DNA of 64,000 nt, taken from an uncultured Fusobacterium sp. GTDB taxonomy: Bacteria; Fusobacteriota; Fusobacteriia; Fusobacteriales; Fusobacteriaceae. Under the pieces are notes generated by a model that saw only the letters and a list, made by a program, of their open reading frames with translations, was not told the DNA's origin and searched no databases. The DNA lies in assembly GCA_963537515.1 (NCBI GenBank), contig CAUTEN010000002.1:314-64313 (forward strand), written 5' to 3'. Position numbers and translations under genes: made by a program. How positions within the stretch are numbered: the first letter of the stretch is position 1; each line of letters opens with the position of its first letter. Positions 51,180 to 60,579 of the stretch are shown piece after piece.

Positions 51180-52163
51180 TTATAATAATTTAATGTTCAT
51201 TTGTCTACAAATTTCATGAACTTCTTGTGACCATATAGATGCTTGTACTTCTCCAATATGTAATTTATCTAAGAAAAACATACAGATACGAGATTGTCCT
51301 ATTCCTCCACCTATTGTATAAGGTAAAACTTTATTTAAAATCATTTGATGATATGGTAAAGATCTTCTATCTTCACAATTAGCAATTTTTAACTGCTCAT
51401 CTAAAGATTTTTCATCAACTCTTATTCCCATTGAAGATAATTCAAGTCCTATTCCCAAAAGAGGATAGTTAAATATGATATCACCATTTAAATCCCAATC
51501 ATCATAGTCAGGTGCTCTACCATCATGTTTTTCACCAGAAGATAATTTTCCACCTATCTTCATTAAAAATATAGCTCCATATTCTTTTGCTGCAGCATGC
51601 TCTCTATTTTTTGGAGTTAAGTTAGGATATTTATTTTCAAGTTCTTGTGCAGTTATAAAAGTAATTTCTTCTGGTAACTTTTTAGTAAGTTTTGGGTATT
51701 CGGTAGTTATATATTCTTCCGTTGCTTTAAATACAGAATAAATTTTTCTAACTACTTCTTTTAAATATTCTTCATTTCTATCTTCCTTAGAAATTATTTT
51801 TTCCCAATCCCATTGGTCAACATAATAAGAATGAATAAAGTCAGTATCTTCATCTCTTCTTATAGCATTCATATCTGTATAGATACCCTTATGATTTTCA
51901 ATATTATATCTGTATAGTGCCATTCTTTTCCATTTTGCAAGAGAATGAACTATCTCAACTCTTTCTCCACTTTTTGTATCAAAAGATACTGGTCTTTCTG
52001 TTCCATTTAAATTGTCATTTAATCCAGATTCTGGAATAACAAATAATGGTGCTGAGACTCTTAATAAATCTAATTCTTTTGATAAATGACTTTCAAAGAA
52101 ATCTTTGACTTTTTTTATTGCAATTTCTGTTTCTAAAATATCTAAACTTGAAACATAAGCCAT
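51180..52163 (-). CDS. asnA: aspartate--ammonia ligase
   Basis: [45 protein letters not shown]. Confidence 0.98.
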   Translation of the reverse strand: MAYVSSLDILETEIAIKKVKDFFESHLSKELDLLRVSAPLFVIPESGLNDNLNGTERPVSFDTKSGERVEIVHSLAKWKRMALYRYNIENHKGIYTDMNAIRRDEDTDFIHSYYVDQWDWEKIISKEDRNEEYLKEVVRKIYSVFKATEEYITTEYPKLTKKLPEEITFITAQELENKYPNLTPKNREHAAAKEYGAIFLMKIGGKLSSGEKHDGRAPDYDDWDLNGDIIFNYPLLGIGLELSSMGIRVDEKSLDEQLKIANCEDRRSLPYHQMILNKVLPYTIGGGIGQSRICMFFLDKLHIGEVQASIWSQEVHEICRQMNIKLL

Positions 52164-52248
52164 AATTAACCCCCAATATATTTAAAATTATGAAAATAAT
52201 TATAACACTATTTATATATTTTATCAACAAAAATTAGTATGTTTACTT

Positions 52249-53538
52249 TTAGATTTGGAAAAATTTAGAAATCAATCTATATAAATTATAGTGGTCGTCA
52301 ACCCCACCTAATTCTCTTACAGAGTGCATAGAAAGTAATGGACTTCCAATATCTATTCCTAAAATTCTTATTTGTGATTGTTGTATAGGTCCTATTGTTG
52401 AGCCACCACGAACATCTGAACGATTTACAAAAGTTTGTATAGGAATTTTTGAATCTTTTGCTATTTTTTCAATAACTGCTTTAGAATAACCATCTGTTAT
52501 ATATGATTTATTAGCAGCCATTTTTATTACAGGTCCACAATTAATTTTAGGTTCATTAGTTGGATCTGACTTTTCTAAATAATTAGGGTGTATAGAATGT
52601 GCTGCATCATTTGATATAACAAAAGAATTAGCTAAAGCTTGTTGATGTTCTCCAAAATTTAGTTTCATTGCATTTGAAATTCTTTTTAATATATTTTTTA
52701 AAGTTGGACTATCTGCACCTTGAATTGAATTAGAACCTATTTCTTCATTATCATAACCAACTACAATACAAGTATTTCTCTTATCTTTATTATCTACTAA
52801 AGACATAAGTCCTGCATGAAATGCAGCAAGATTATCTAATCTTCCTACTGAAATAAATTCCTCATTTGCTCCTAATAAACACCCTTTTTCTCTTGAATAT
52901 AAATTTAAATCATAACTTAAAATTTTTTCTTCTTCTACTTTTAATTCTTTAGCTAATAATTTTTTCAAAGAAAATTTATCTTTCTCATCAGTAAGAGTAA
53001 CTAAAGGTAAAGTGTCTTTTTGAGCATTTATAGACATTCCATCATTTACAGTTCTGTTTTGATGTATACAAAGAGATGGAATTATAAATAAATCTTTATC
53101 ATAATTTATAAAATATTTTTTAGGTCTAAAAGCATTATCACTTTCAACAAAAACTCTACCACTGAATGATAGAGGTCTATCAAACCAAGTGCTTAAAATA
53201 GGTCCACCATAAACTTCAGTATTTAAAATATTAAATCCCTTTCTATTTATTTCGGGATTAGGTTTTATTAAAAAACCTGGGCTATCAGTATGGGAAGCAG
53301 CTATTTTATAACCTGATTTTGAAATTTCTTCACTACCTATTGTAAAAGCTATAATTCCACTATCATTTATAGTTACAAAATATTTTCCACCTTTCTTTAA
53401 CTTCCAGTCTTCTGTCTCAAAAAGTTCTATAAAACCTTTTTCATTTAAAATATTTTTAGCATTTATACAAGCAAAATAATTAGATGGACTTTCATCTATA
53501 AAGTTTATTAAATGTTTAGCTAGTTTTAATTTTTCCAT
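52249..53538 (-). CDS. M18 family aspartyl aminopeptidase
   Basis: SHTDSP, YGG...WFDRPL, RLDNL, DNEEIGS, AH..HPNY, GGSTIGP, SMHSVRE. Confidence 0.93.
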   Translation of the reverse strand: MEKLKLAKHLINFIDESPSNYFACINAKNILNEKGFIELFETEDWKLKKGGKYFVTINDSGIIAFTIGSEEISKSGYKIAASHTDSPGFLIKPNPEINRKGFNILNTEVYGGPILSTWFDRPLSFSGRVFVESDNAFRPKKYFINYDKDLFIIPSLCIHQNRTVNDGMSINAQKDTLPLVTLTDEKDKFSLKKLLAKELKVEEEKILSYDLNLYSREKGCLLGANEEFISVGRLDNLAAFHAGLMSLVDNKDKRNTCIVVGYDNEEIGSNSIQGADSPTLKNILKRISNAMKLNFGEHQQALANSFVISNDAAHSIHPNYLEKSDPTNEPKINCGPVIKMAANKSYITDGYSKAVIEKIAKDSKIPIQTFVNRSDVRGGSTIGPIQQSQIRILGIDIGSPLLSMHSVRELGGVDDHYNLYRLISKFFQI

Positions 53539-53605
53539 TTTTCCTCCTATAATTTAATTATGTTATCTTATTTTAACATAAATTTTAAAAATTTTATTTT
53601 TTTAT

Positions 53606-53635
53606 TTTACATACAATAGAAAAAAATGTTAAAAT
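53606..53635 (+). promoter_or_regulatory. putative promoter of the 577-aa orphan
   Basis: TTTACA-18 bp-TAAAAT with extended TG; GGGGGAG RBS before ATG 53666. Confidence 0.5.
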
Positions 53636-53665
53636 AAAGTTAGTTATTTTTAAACAGGGGGAGTA

Positions 53666-55399
53666 ATGAGATACAAAGATATAAATAAATTTATTTTTGA
53701 TATAGAAATATACCCTAATTATTTCTGTGTTGTTCTCAAAGAGTTAGATAAAAATAATATTTTAATTATTGATAATAGAAATTTTAAAGATAAAAAAAAT
53801 TCTTTCTATAAGATAATTGAAAATAACTTTTTAATCTCTTATGGAGGTTATAGTTTCGATGATAAGGTTTTAAATTTTTTATTATCATTAAAAAATAAAA
53901 ATATTCAAATGAAGAATGTATATCCAATAATAAAAAAACTAAATACTGGAAGTGATGAAATAAATTGTATTTTAGATAAAGATATTTTTTCATTTGATAT
54001 TTATAAAGAGTATGATTGTAATGTTGGAATAAAAGGCTTTGCATATAATTTAGGTGAAACTATTATAGAACATAGTGGAAATTTTAACAAGGCTATTTTT
54101 AATGAGCAAATTCCTATAATCACTGATTATTGTAAGAATGATGTACTAGTAACAGAAGATTTATATAAAATGCTTATTTCTGAAAAGGATATATTATCTG
54201 AAAAAGAAATATTAATAAGCAAAATCTTAAAAAAAGATATTAATACTTTAACTAAAAGTGATTTATTAAAATATCTAAAATATACTAATAATGAGCTAAT
54301 TAGAATATTTTTAACTTTTGAAAAAATAAATCAAAAGATTTTGAAAAACACTGCAAATAAAACTTATATAGAAAAATTTGATAGTTACAACAGTTTTTTT
54401 GATAATAAATATAAAAACAATGGTATTAAAAAGTACATTGTAATTTTAGAATTAAATGAAGACTATATCTATAATATACTGAAATACTTAGAAGATAAAG
54501 AAAAAAATAGATTAAAATTAATAGATTTATCAAAAATTTCTGAATTGTCAAACGATGTAAAAACTAATATTTATAATATTATTTCTAGTTCAACTTCAAT
54601 AATATGGAAAAATAATGATATAAATTATCTTATCAAACTAAAAAATATTCTTTTTAAAAAAATAAAAATCTATATCAACAAATATTCTGGAAGAATAATA
54701 AAAATAGTTGATAATAAAATTTTTATTGATGGTATAGAAACAAAAGTTAATATAAATAATTTAGTTAAAGAAATTAATTTATTTTTTAAAGAAAACCTAC
54801 AAATAAATTTAAAACTTAAAGCGAAATATCCTGAAAATTTCATAAAATTAAATAGAAAAGAAAATTCTATTAGTTATAAGATGGAAAATACAATCTATTC
54901 AACTGGCTTATTTAAACAAAACATTTTTGAAAATCCAAATAAACACAAATGGTTAGCTGAAGTTATAAAATTACATTATTGGGAAAATTATTCTATTGAA
55001 GAAGCTATTAATTATATCTTTAAAAATACCCCAGAAACTCTATTTATGTTTTATTCTGCAAATAAACCTGCTAATAGATGTAATAAAAATGGGAATCTTT
55101 TAAATTCTATGCATCTATCTTCTGGGAAAAAATATAGAGTTTATTATTCAAAAACAGGGAACTTTAAAGGGGTAGATGGGAAAAATATGACATCAGAGGA
55201 ATTTAAAGCTAACTTTTCAAAAATAAAATATAAAAATAATTTTGGATTAGGAGATGTAAATAGTCAATATTTTAAAATGAGATATGTTGAAATTCCTATT
55301 AATATGTTTAATGAATATGATGATTTTGATTTAGAAAGTTATATTTTATATGCAAAAAATTTTATAGAAAATGATGAAAAAAATAATGGGACTACTTAA
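53666..55399 (+). CDS. phage family-B DNA polymerase-derived protein; 3'-5' exonuclease motifs retained, polymerase motifs degenerate
   Basis: ExoI FDIE (D12/E14), ExoII-like YGGYSFD (D65), ExoIII YCKND (Y155/D159); C-terminal YRVYYSK and DLESYILYAK; no DxxSxYP, KxxxNSxYG or NTDG. Confidence 0.65.
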   Translation: MRYKDINKFIFDIEIYPNYFCVVLKELDKNNILIIDNRNFKDKKNSFYKIIENNFLISYGGYSFDDKVLNFLLSLKNKNIQMKNVYPIIKKLNTGSDEINCILDKDIFSFDIYKEYDCNVGIKGFAYNLGETIIEHSGNFNKAIFNEQIPIITDYCKNDVLVTEDLYKMLISEKDILSEKEILISKILKKDINTLTKSDLLKYLKYTNNELIRIFLTFEKINQKILKNTANKTYIEKFDSYNSFFDNKYKNNGIKKYIVILELNEDYIYNILKYLEDKEKNRLKLIDLSKISELSNDVKTNIYNIISSSTSIIWKNNDINYLIKLKNILFKKIKIYINKYSGRIIKIVDNKIFIDGIETKVNINNLVKEINLFFKENLQINLKLKAKYPENFIKLNRKENSISYKMENTIYSTGLFKQNIFENPNKHKWLAEVIKLHYWENYSIEEAINYIFKNTPETLFMFYSANKPANRCNKNGNLLNSMHLSSGKKYRVYYSKTGNFKGVDGKNMTSEEFKANFSKIKYKNNFGLGDVNSQYFKMRYVEIPINMFNEYDDFDLESYILYAKNFIENDEKNNGTT

Positions 55400-55409
55400 A
55401 AGTCCCATT
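55385..55409. terminator. bidirectional terminator orphan / mscL
   Basis: AATGGGACT-ACTTAAA-AGTCCCATT with flanking A/T runs; the orphan stop codon lies in the loop. Confidence 0.75.
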
Positions 55410-55417
55410 TTTATCTT

Positions 55418-55828
55418 TTATTTATTTGCCATTTTATTTAAAGCATCTCTAATTTCAGTAAGTAAAACCTCTTCTTTTGTAGGTTCTGGAGCTGGTGCAG
55501 GTGCTTCTTCTTTTTTCTTCTGTAATTTACTTATTAGTTTTATAAACATAAATATGCAAAGTGCAATTATAAGAAAATTAACAATTTCTTGTATAAACAT
55601 TCCATATCTAATAGCTGCTTGTTCAGCTCCTTCAACTGGCTCTCCTAACTTTATTTCCAAAGAAGAAAAATTAACATTTCCTAATATCATTCCTATGATT
55701 GGCATAAAGATATCATTTACTAAGCTTGTAACTATCTTTCCAAAAGCTCCTCCAATAATAACCCCAACTGCCATATCAACCACATTGCCACGCATTACAA
55801 ATGCTTTAAATTCATCAAATAATTTCAT
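55418..55828 (-). CDS. mscL: large-conductance mechanosensitive channel
   Basis: EFKAFVMRGNVVDMAVGVIIGGAF, LLTEIRD. Confidence 0.98.
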   Translation of the reverse strand: MKLFDEFKAFVMRGNVVDMAVGVIIGGAFGKIVTSLVNDIFMPIIGMILGNVNFSSLEIKLGEPVEGAEQAAIRYGMFIQEIVNFLIIALCIFMFIKLISKLQKKKEEAPAPAPEPTKEEVLLTEIRDALNKMANK

Positions 55829-55878
55829 TAAACCTCCTAAATACTAATTTTAAAAATATATTATAATTTTGTTACCAA

Positions 55879-56967
55879 TTACTTTTCGATAAAGCCACCT
55901 GCTATTACATTTCCTTCAATATTGTAAAATACAATTCCTTGCCCAGGTGTGACAGCTCTGACTTTATTATCAATAAATTTTACTTGGAAATTTTCTCCAT
56001 CTTTTTTCAATAAACATTTATGCAAAATATCTCTTGAACGAGTCTTTGCAAAACATTCTAAATTATCTAAACTATCTAAAGAAGATACTGAAAAAAGATT
56101 TAACCTTGTTGCAGTTAATTCATCTTTAAATAAATCTTCATTTTCTCCAACAATAATATTATTTGTTTTTCTATCAAAAGCTAAAACATATAGTGGCTCT
56201 TCACTAGATATCCCTAAACCTTTTCTTTGACCTATTGTATAAAATGAAAAACCTTTATGTTTTCCTAAAATATTTCCATTTTTATCCACAATATTTCCAG
56301 GTTTCTCGGCTTTACCTTCTGTTTTTTCTATTAAAAACTCTTTTAATTTGCCATCATCAACAAAACATATTTCTTGAGAATCTTTTTTAGAATAAACTCT
56401 AACTCCTAATTGCTTAGCAAGTTCTCTTAATTTAGGTTTTTCTAAATCACCAACTGGGAAAATAATTTTACTAAGTCTATCTTTTTCAATTTGAGATAAG
56501 AAATAAACTTGATCTTTATTAGAATCATCTCCAACACTCAGTAAACCATTTTTTAACTTTGTATAATGACCAGTTGCCATAAAGCTAGCACCTTTTGATA
56601 AAATAAAATCTAACATTTTACCAAATTTTATATGCCTATTACATACCATACAAGGATTAGGAGTTCTTCCATTCATATACTCATTAACAAAGTAATCCAT
56701 AACCTTTTCTTTAAATTCATCTCTTACATCTAAAACATAGTGTTCTATTCCTAAGTCATCACAGACTTTTTTAGCATCAGAGTCCTCATCTTTAAAAGTT
56801 TTCATAGTTACTCCAAATATATCATAACCCTGTTGTTTTAAAAGATAAGCAACAGTTGAACTATCAACTCCTCCACTCATAGCCACACCAACTCTAATAT
56901 TACTATTATTACTATCAAATATCAGATACTTACTAAATTCTGATACAACATTTTTTGTTTCTATCAT
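55879..56967 (-). CDS. mnmA: tRNA 2-thiouridine(34) synthase
   Basis: MSGGVDS, TPNPCMVCN, ATGHY, KDQVYFL, DSQEICF, TIGQRKG, TPGQ. Confidence 0.97.
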   Translation of the reverse strand: MIETKNVVSEFSKYLIFDSNNSNIRVGVAMSGGVDSSTVAYLLKQQGYDIFGVTMKTFKDEDSDAKKVCDDLGIEHYVLDVRDEFKEKVMDYFVNEYMNGRTPNPCMVCNRHIKFGKMLDFILSKGASFMATGHYTKLKNGLLSVGDDSNKDQVYFLSQIEKDRLSKIIFPVGDLEKPKLRELAKQLGVRVYSKKDSQEICFVDDGKLKEFLIEKTEGKAEKPGNIVDKNGNILGKHKGFSFYTIGQRKGLGISSEEPLYVLAFDRKTNNIIVGENEDLFKDELTATRLNLFSVSSLDSLDNLECFAKTRSRDILHKCLLKKDGENFQVKFIDNKVRAVTPGQGIVFYNIEGNVIAGGFIEK

Positions 56968-56979
56968 ATTGTTCCTTTC

Positions 56980-57606
56980 TTAATATACCATTATTTGTTT
57001 TATACTATAAAATACAACAAATAATGCTAATATAAAAATAATTCCATTTGCAAATTTTATTATTTTTATAAGTTTTTCCTTTCCAAAAAGCTTTCTAAAA
57101 TGTGAAATTAAATATGTTGTAAGAAACCATAATCCTGAGCCACCAAGTCCAACTCCTAATACTGTTTCTATTAAAGTTGGAGTATTTGCATCATCTAAAA
57201 TTCTTAAAAAAGCAAATACTGTTGCTATAACTAAGATACTAGAAATATTTACTATTGCAAAACCAACTCCTGTTAAGTAATTTTGTAACATACTTTTAAA
57301 ATCCACATTTAATTCTTTTAATTCAATTTTACGAAAAAGTTTCTTTGAAGAAACTATCATTAAAAATACTCCTATAAGAAGAGATAAAAAATTCTCATAT
57401 CTTATAATATAGTCTTTAACACTTGAGAGAAATAGTAAAGCAACTGCTGAATAGAGCATATCAATGGTAACCATTCCCAATGCTGTTATATAGCCTTTCC
57501 ATCTTCCCTCAACAATGGTGAGCCCCATACAATAAACCCCAACTGGTCCAAAGGGCAATGATAAAATAAACCCTGTTAAAATCCCTTTTAAAATTGTAAT
57601 ATCCAA
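56980..57606 (-). CDS. LysE family translocator
   Basis: SLPFGPVG, G...ALG...D pattern, about 6 TMs; TTG start with AGGAG RBS. Confidence 0.8.
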   Translation of the reverse strand: MDITILKGILTGFILSLPFGPVGVYCMGLTIVEGRWKGYITALGMVTIDMLYSAVALLFLSSVKDYIIRYENFLSLLIGVFLMIVSSKKLFRKIELKELNVDFKSMLQNYLTGVGFAIVNISSILVIATVFAFLRILDDANTPTLIETVLGVGLGGSGLWFLTTYLISHFRKLFGKEKLIKIIKFANGIIFILALFVVFYSIKQIMVY

Positions 57607-57724
57607 GATAAAACTCCTTAATTATTTTATTTTTAGAAGAACTTAATAATTTTAGCATATTTTTCTTTTTTTTTCTATAATTTAATGTTATAATTTTTTA
57701 CTAGAGTAGTAAGGAGGTTTTAAT

Positions 57725-58087
57725 TTGACAGAATTAGAAATAAAAATTATAAAATTTCTATTGTCCTCTGCTGTATACAGTGAAAATGCTATAATGAAAA
57801 ATTTAGGTATAGATAGTGATACTTTAAATAAAAGTTTTAAGATTTTAGAAGAAAATGGTTATCTTGAAAGTTATGAAGAATTTATGAAAAGAGAAAGTTT
57901 AAATGAAGAAGGAGATTGTTGTAAAACAAAAAAAGATAAAGCTTGCTCAAGTTGTTCTTCATCTTCTTGTAGCTCTCATTCTTGTTCTTCTAGTTCAAGC
58001 TGTTGTGATAGCAATATTTTTAGTGGTATGACAGATTTTTCAAAAATTAAAGTTATAACGATGAAAGCAGTGGATAATTTTTCTTAG
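57725..58087 (+). CDS. small protein with winged-helix-like N-terminus and Cys/Ser-rich tract
   Basis: AAGGAGGT RBS, TTG start, own terminator; CCKTKKDKACSSCSSSSCSSHSCSSSSSCC. Confidence 0.75.
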   Translation: MTELEIKIIKFLLSSAVYSENAIMKNLGIDSDTLNKSFKILEENGYLESYEEFMKRESLNEEGDCCKTKKDKACSSCSSSSCSSHSCSSSSSCCDSNIFSGMTDFSKIKVITMKAVDNFS

Positions 58088-58093
58088 ATAAAA

Positions 58094-58128
58094 AGAAGTT
58101 ATTGAATTTAAAAATTTCAATAACTTCT
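58094..58128. terminator. terminator hairpin between convergent genes
   Basis: AGAAGTTATTGAA / TTCAATAACTTCT 13-bp arms followed by GTTTTTT. Confidence 0.75.
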
Positions 58129-58208
58129 GTTTTTTATTTTCTATTATCTTTTATTTTTACAACTACTCTAAATTATCTTTCTATGTGACTTTCCATAAAA
58201 TTTTTAAA

Positions 58209-58979
58209 TTATTTATTCATTTTATATAATGTATATAGTCCATTTAAACTTAAATTAGGATCATACTCGTCTATTTCATCTATTTCAGCTGACAAGATTT
58301 TTCCTAAGCCTCCTGTTGCTAAAACAAAAATTTCTTCATTCAATTCTTCATTAATTTTTTTTATAATATGTTTTATTTGTCCAGCATATCCAAAAAATAT
58401 TGCTGCTTGAATTTGTTTCATTGTATCAGTACCTAATACACTGTTAGGAGTTGTAAACTTTACTCTTGGAAGTTTTGCAGTATTTCCATATAGAGCATTT
58501 ATGGACATATCTATTCCTGGAAGTATTCCACCACCAATGTATACTCCTTTTTTTAAGACATCATAGGTGGTTGCTGTTCCAAAATCAAAAATTACTAAGT
58601 TTTTATCAGGATATTTTTGCATTGCTTCTGTTATATCTATTATCCTATCTGCTCCAAAACCTGTATAATTTACTCCCTTTGCAAAAGTAAATGGAATTTT
58701 CTTTTCTAAATCAACTATTATAGCTTCAACTTGAAAATATTTTCTAGCAAAAAATTGGAAGGTAATTATAATATTTGGTACAACAGATGAAACTAAGATA
58801 TCATCTACTTTTTCAATAGAAATATTATTATATTTTGTTATATTATTAAAATATGAAAAATATTCATCTTCTGTCATTTTGTCATTTGTAGCTATTCTAA
58901 ATGTTGAAATTAATTTTCCTTCATCATCATAAATTCCTGTAACTATATGAGTATTTCCTATATCAATACCAATAATCAT
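58209..58979 (-). CDS. coaX: type III pantothenate kinase
   Basis: IDIGNT, SSVVP, GADR, DFGTATT, GG.ILPG, ATGG. Confidence 0.96.
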   Translation of the reverse strand: MIIGIDIGNTHIVTGIYDDEGKLISTFRIATNDKMTEDEYFSYFNNITKYNNISIEKVDDILVSSVVPNIIITFQFFARKYFQVEAIIVDLEKKIPFTFAKGVNYTGFGADRIIDITEAMQKYPDKNLVIFDFGTATTYDVLKKGVYIGGGILPGIDMSINALYGNTAKLPRVKFTTPNSVLGTDTMKQIQAAIFFGYAGQIKHIIKKINEELNEEIFVLATGGLGKILSAEIDEIDEYDPNLSLNGLYTLYKMNK

Positions 58980-59169
58980 TTTTCAACTCCTTAAAATCAA
59001 TTATAATTTTTTTCATTATAGCTACATATCTAAATATTGTCAATTTAATTATGATTTTATATAAATAAATTAATTATTCTAGTTTATTAAAATTTCATTG
59101 AAAACTAAAATTATATATGTTATTATTAAAGTGTTGTTAAAAAATTAGTTGAAATAAAGAGGTGTAATT

Positions 59170-59982
59170 TTGAAAAGAATAAAATTTGTGCATATCTATT
59201 TTTTATTCTTATTTTACTTAATAGGAGGTTATTTTTTAAATCTTCCTTTTATTGACAGAGGAATATATGAGGCAGTGTATAAATACCTAGGGATATTTAT
59301 ATTTCCAACACTTCTTTTTTTTATTTTATACGGCTTTGTATTTTTAATAGAAGATAAAAAATTAAGACTATTTTGGGAGTTAAGATTATATTATGTACTT
59401 ATATTTTGTATTATAGGTGAATATTTATATATTTTATTTCACTCTGGACTTTCTTTTATGAATGTCAAAAACTTTGAAATTAATGGAGATTTTCTAAAAA
59501 AATTAATTGATAAATCGTTATTTGTACATAATATAGGTTATTTACCTACTTATATTTTGTATGAATTAATAAATATTAGTCTAAAATTTAATCAATATCC
59601 ATTTTACTATTTTTATTATTCTTTAATTGCAATTGAGGTACTTTTAATTTTACTTATGATTTTTACACCAATGAGAAAGAGTATAAAAAAATCTAGTTTA
59701 AAAAGAACTAAGAAAAAAGAAAGAGCTAAAATGGAAGCTGAACTAATGGAACAAATTAAGTTAAAAGAGGATTTAGAAAGAAAAGAAACATTAAAAATAC
59801 AAAAACAAGAAAAAATAGAAGAAGAAATTATAAGGAAAAAGCTAAATAATTTTGAAAAAAATAAGAAAACTAAAAAAACTTCTAGGAAAGAAAGTAATAA
59901 AAAACCACTAGAAGATAAAATAAAAAATCAAATGAATGGAATAGTTTTACAAAAAACTGTGACTATTAAGAAGGAAGATTAG
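59170..59982 (+). CDS. hypothetical membrane protein with Lys/Glu-rich coiled-coil tail
   Basis: GAGGTG RBS, TTG start, several TM segments; first gene of the maf-mreB run. Confidence 0.75.
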   Translation: MKRIKFVHIYFLFLFYLIGGYFLNLPFIDRGIYEAVYKYLGIFIFPTLLFFILYGFVFLIEDKKLRLFWELRLYYVLIFCIIGEYLYILFHSGLSFMNVKNFEINGDFLKKLIDKSLFVHNIGYLPTYILYELINISLKFNQYPFYYFYYSLIAIEVLLILLMIFTPMRKSIKKSSLKRTKKKERAKMEAELMEQIKLKEDLERKETLKIQKQEKIEEEIIRKKLNNFEKNKKTKKTSRKESNKKPLEDKIKNQMNGIVLQKTVTIKKED

Positions 59983-59983
59983 G

Positions 59984-60562
59984 ATGATTTTAGCTTCAAA
60001 CTCACAGAGAAGACAAGAAATATTAAAAGATGCTGGTTTTAATTTTAAAGTTATAACAAGTGACATAGAAGAAATCAGTGATAAAAAAATTATTACTGAA
60101 AAAATATTGGATATAGCTGAAAAGAAATTAGAATCCATTGCAAAAAATAATGTAAATGAATTTATTTTAGCAGCAGATACTGTTGTTGAACTTAATGGTA
60201 AAATTTTTGGAAAACCTAAGAATAGAGAAGAAGCATTTAGAGTCTTAAAAGCATTATCTGGTAAAATTCATAAGGTAATAACCGCTTATGTCTTTAAGAA
60301 CATATCCAAAAATATTCTTATAAAAGATGTTGTTATAAGTGAAGTAAAGTTTTTAGAATTAGATGATGATACTATAGATTGGTATTTAGATACAGGTGAG
60401 CCTTTTGATAAAGCTGGTGCTTATGGTATTCAAGGATATGGAAGAATTCTAGTTGAAAAGATAAATGGAGATTACTATTCAATAATGGGCTTTCCTATTT
60501 CAAATTTTTTAGAAAATTTAAGAAAAATTGGTTATAAAATAAGTCAAATAGATAAAATTTAA
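59984..60562 (+). CDS. maf: Maf nucleoside triphosphate pyrophosphatase
   Basis: ILASNSQRR, ADTVV, GKP, DKAGAYGIQG. Confidence 0.95.
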   Translation: MILASNSQRRQEILKDAGFNFKVITSDIEEISDKKIITEKILDIAEKKLESIAKNNVNEFILAADTVVELNGKIFGKPKNREEAFRVLKALSGKIHKVITAYVFKNISKNILIKDVVISEVKFLELDDDTIDWYLDTGEPFDKAGAYGIQGYGRILVEKINGDYYSIMGFPISNFLENLRKIGYKISQIDKI

Positions 60563-60579
60563 TGATGAGGTGCAAAATA

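Noticed and set aside
52249..55828. Prophage around the polymerase-like gene
   Set aside because: No integrase, att-like repeats or other phage genes; flanks are housekeeping
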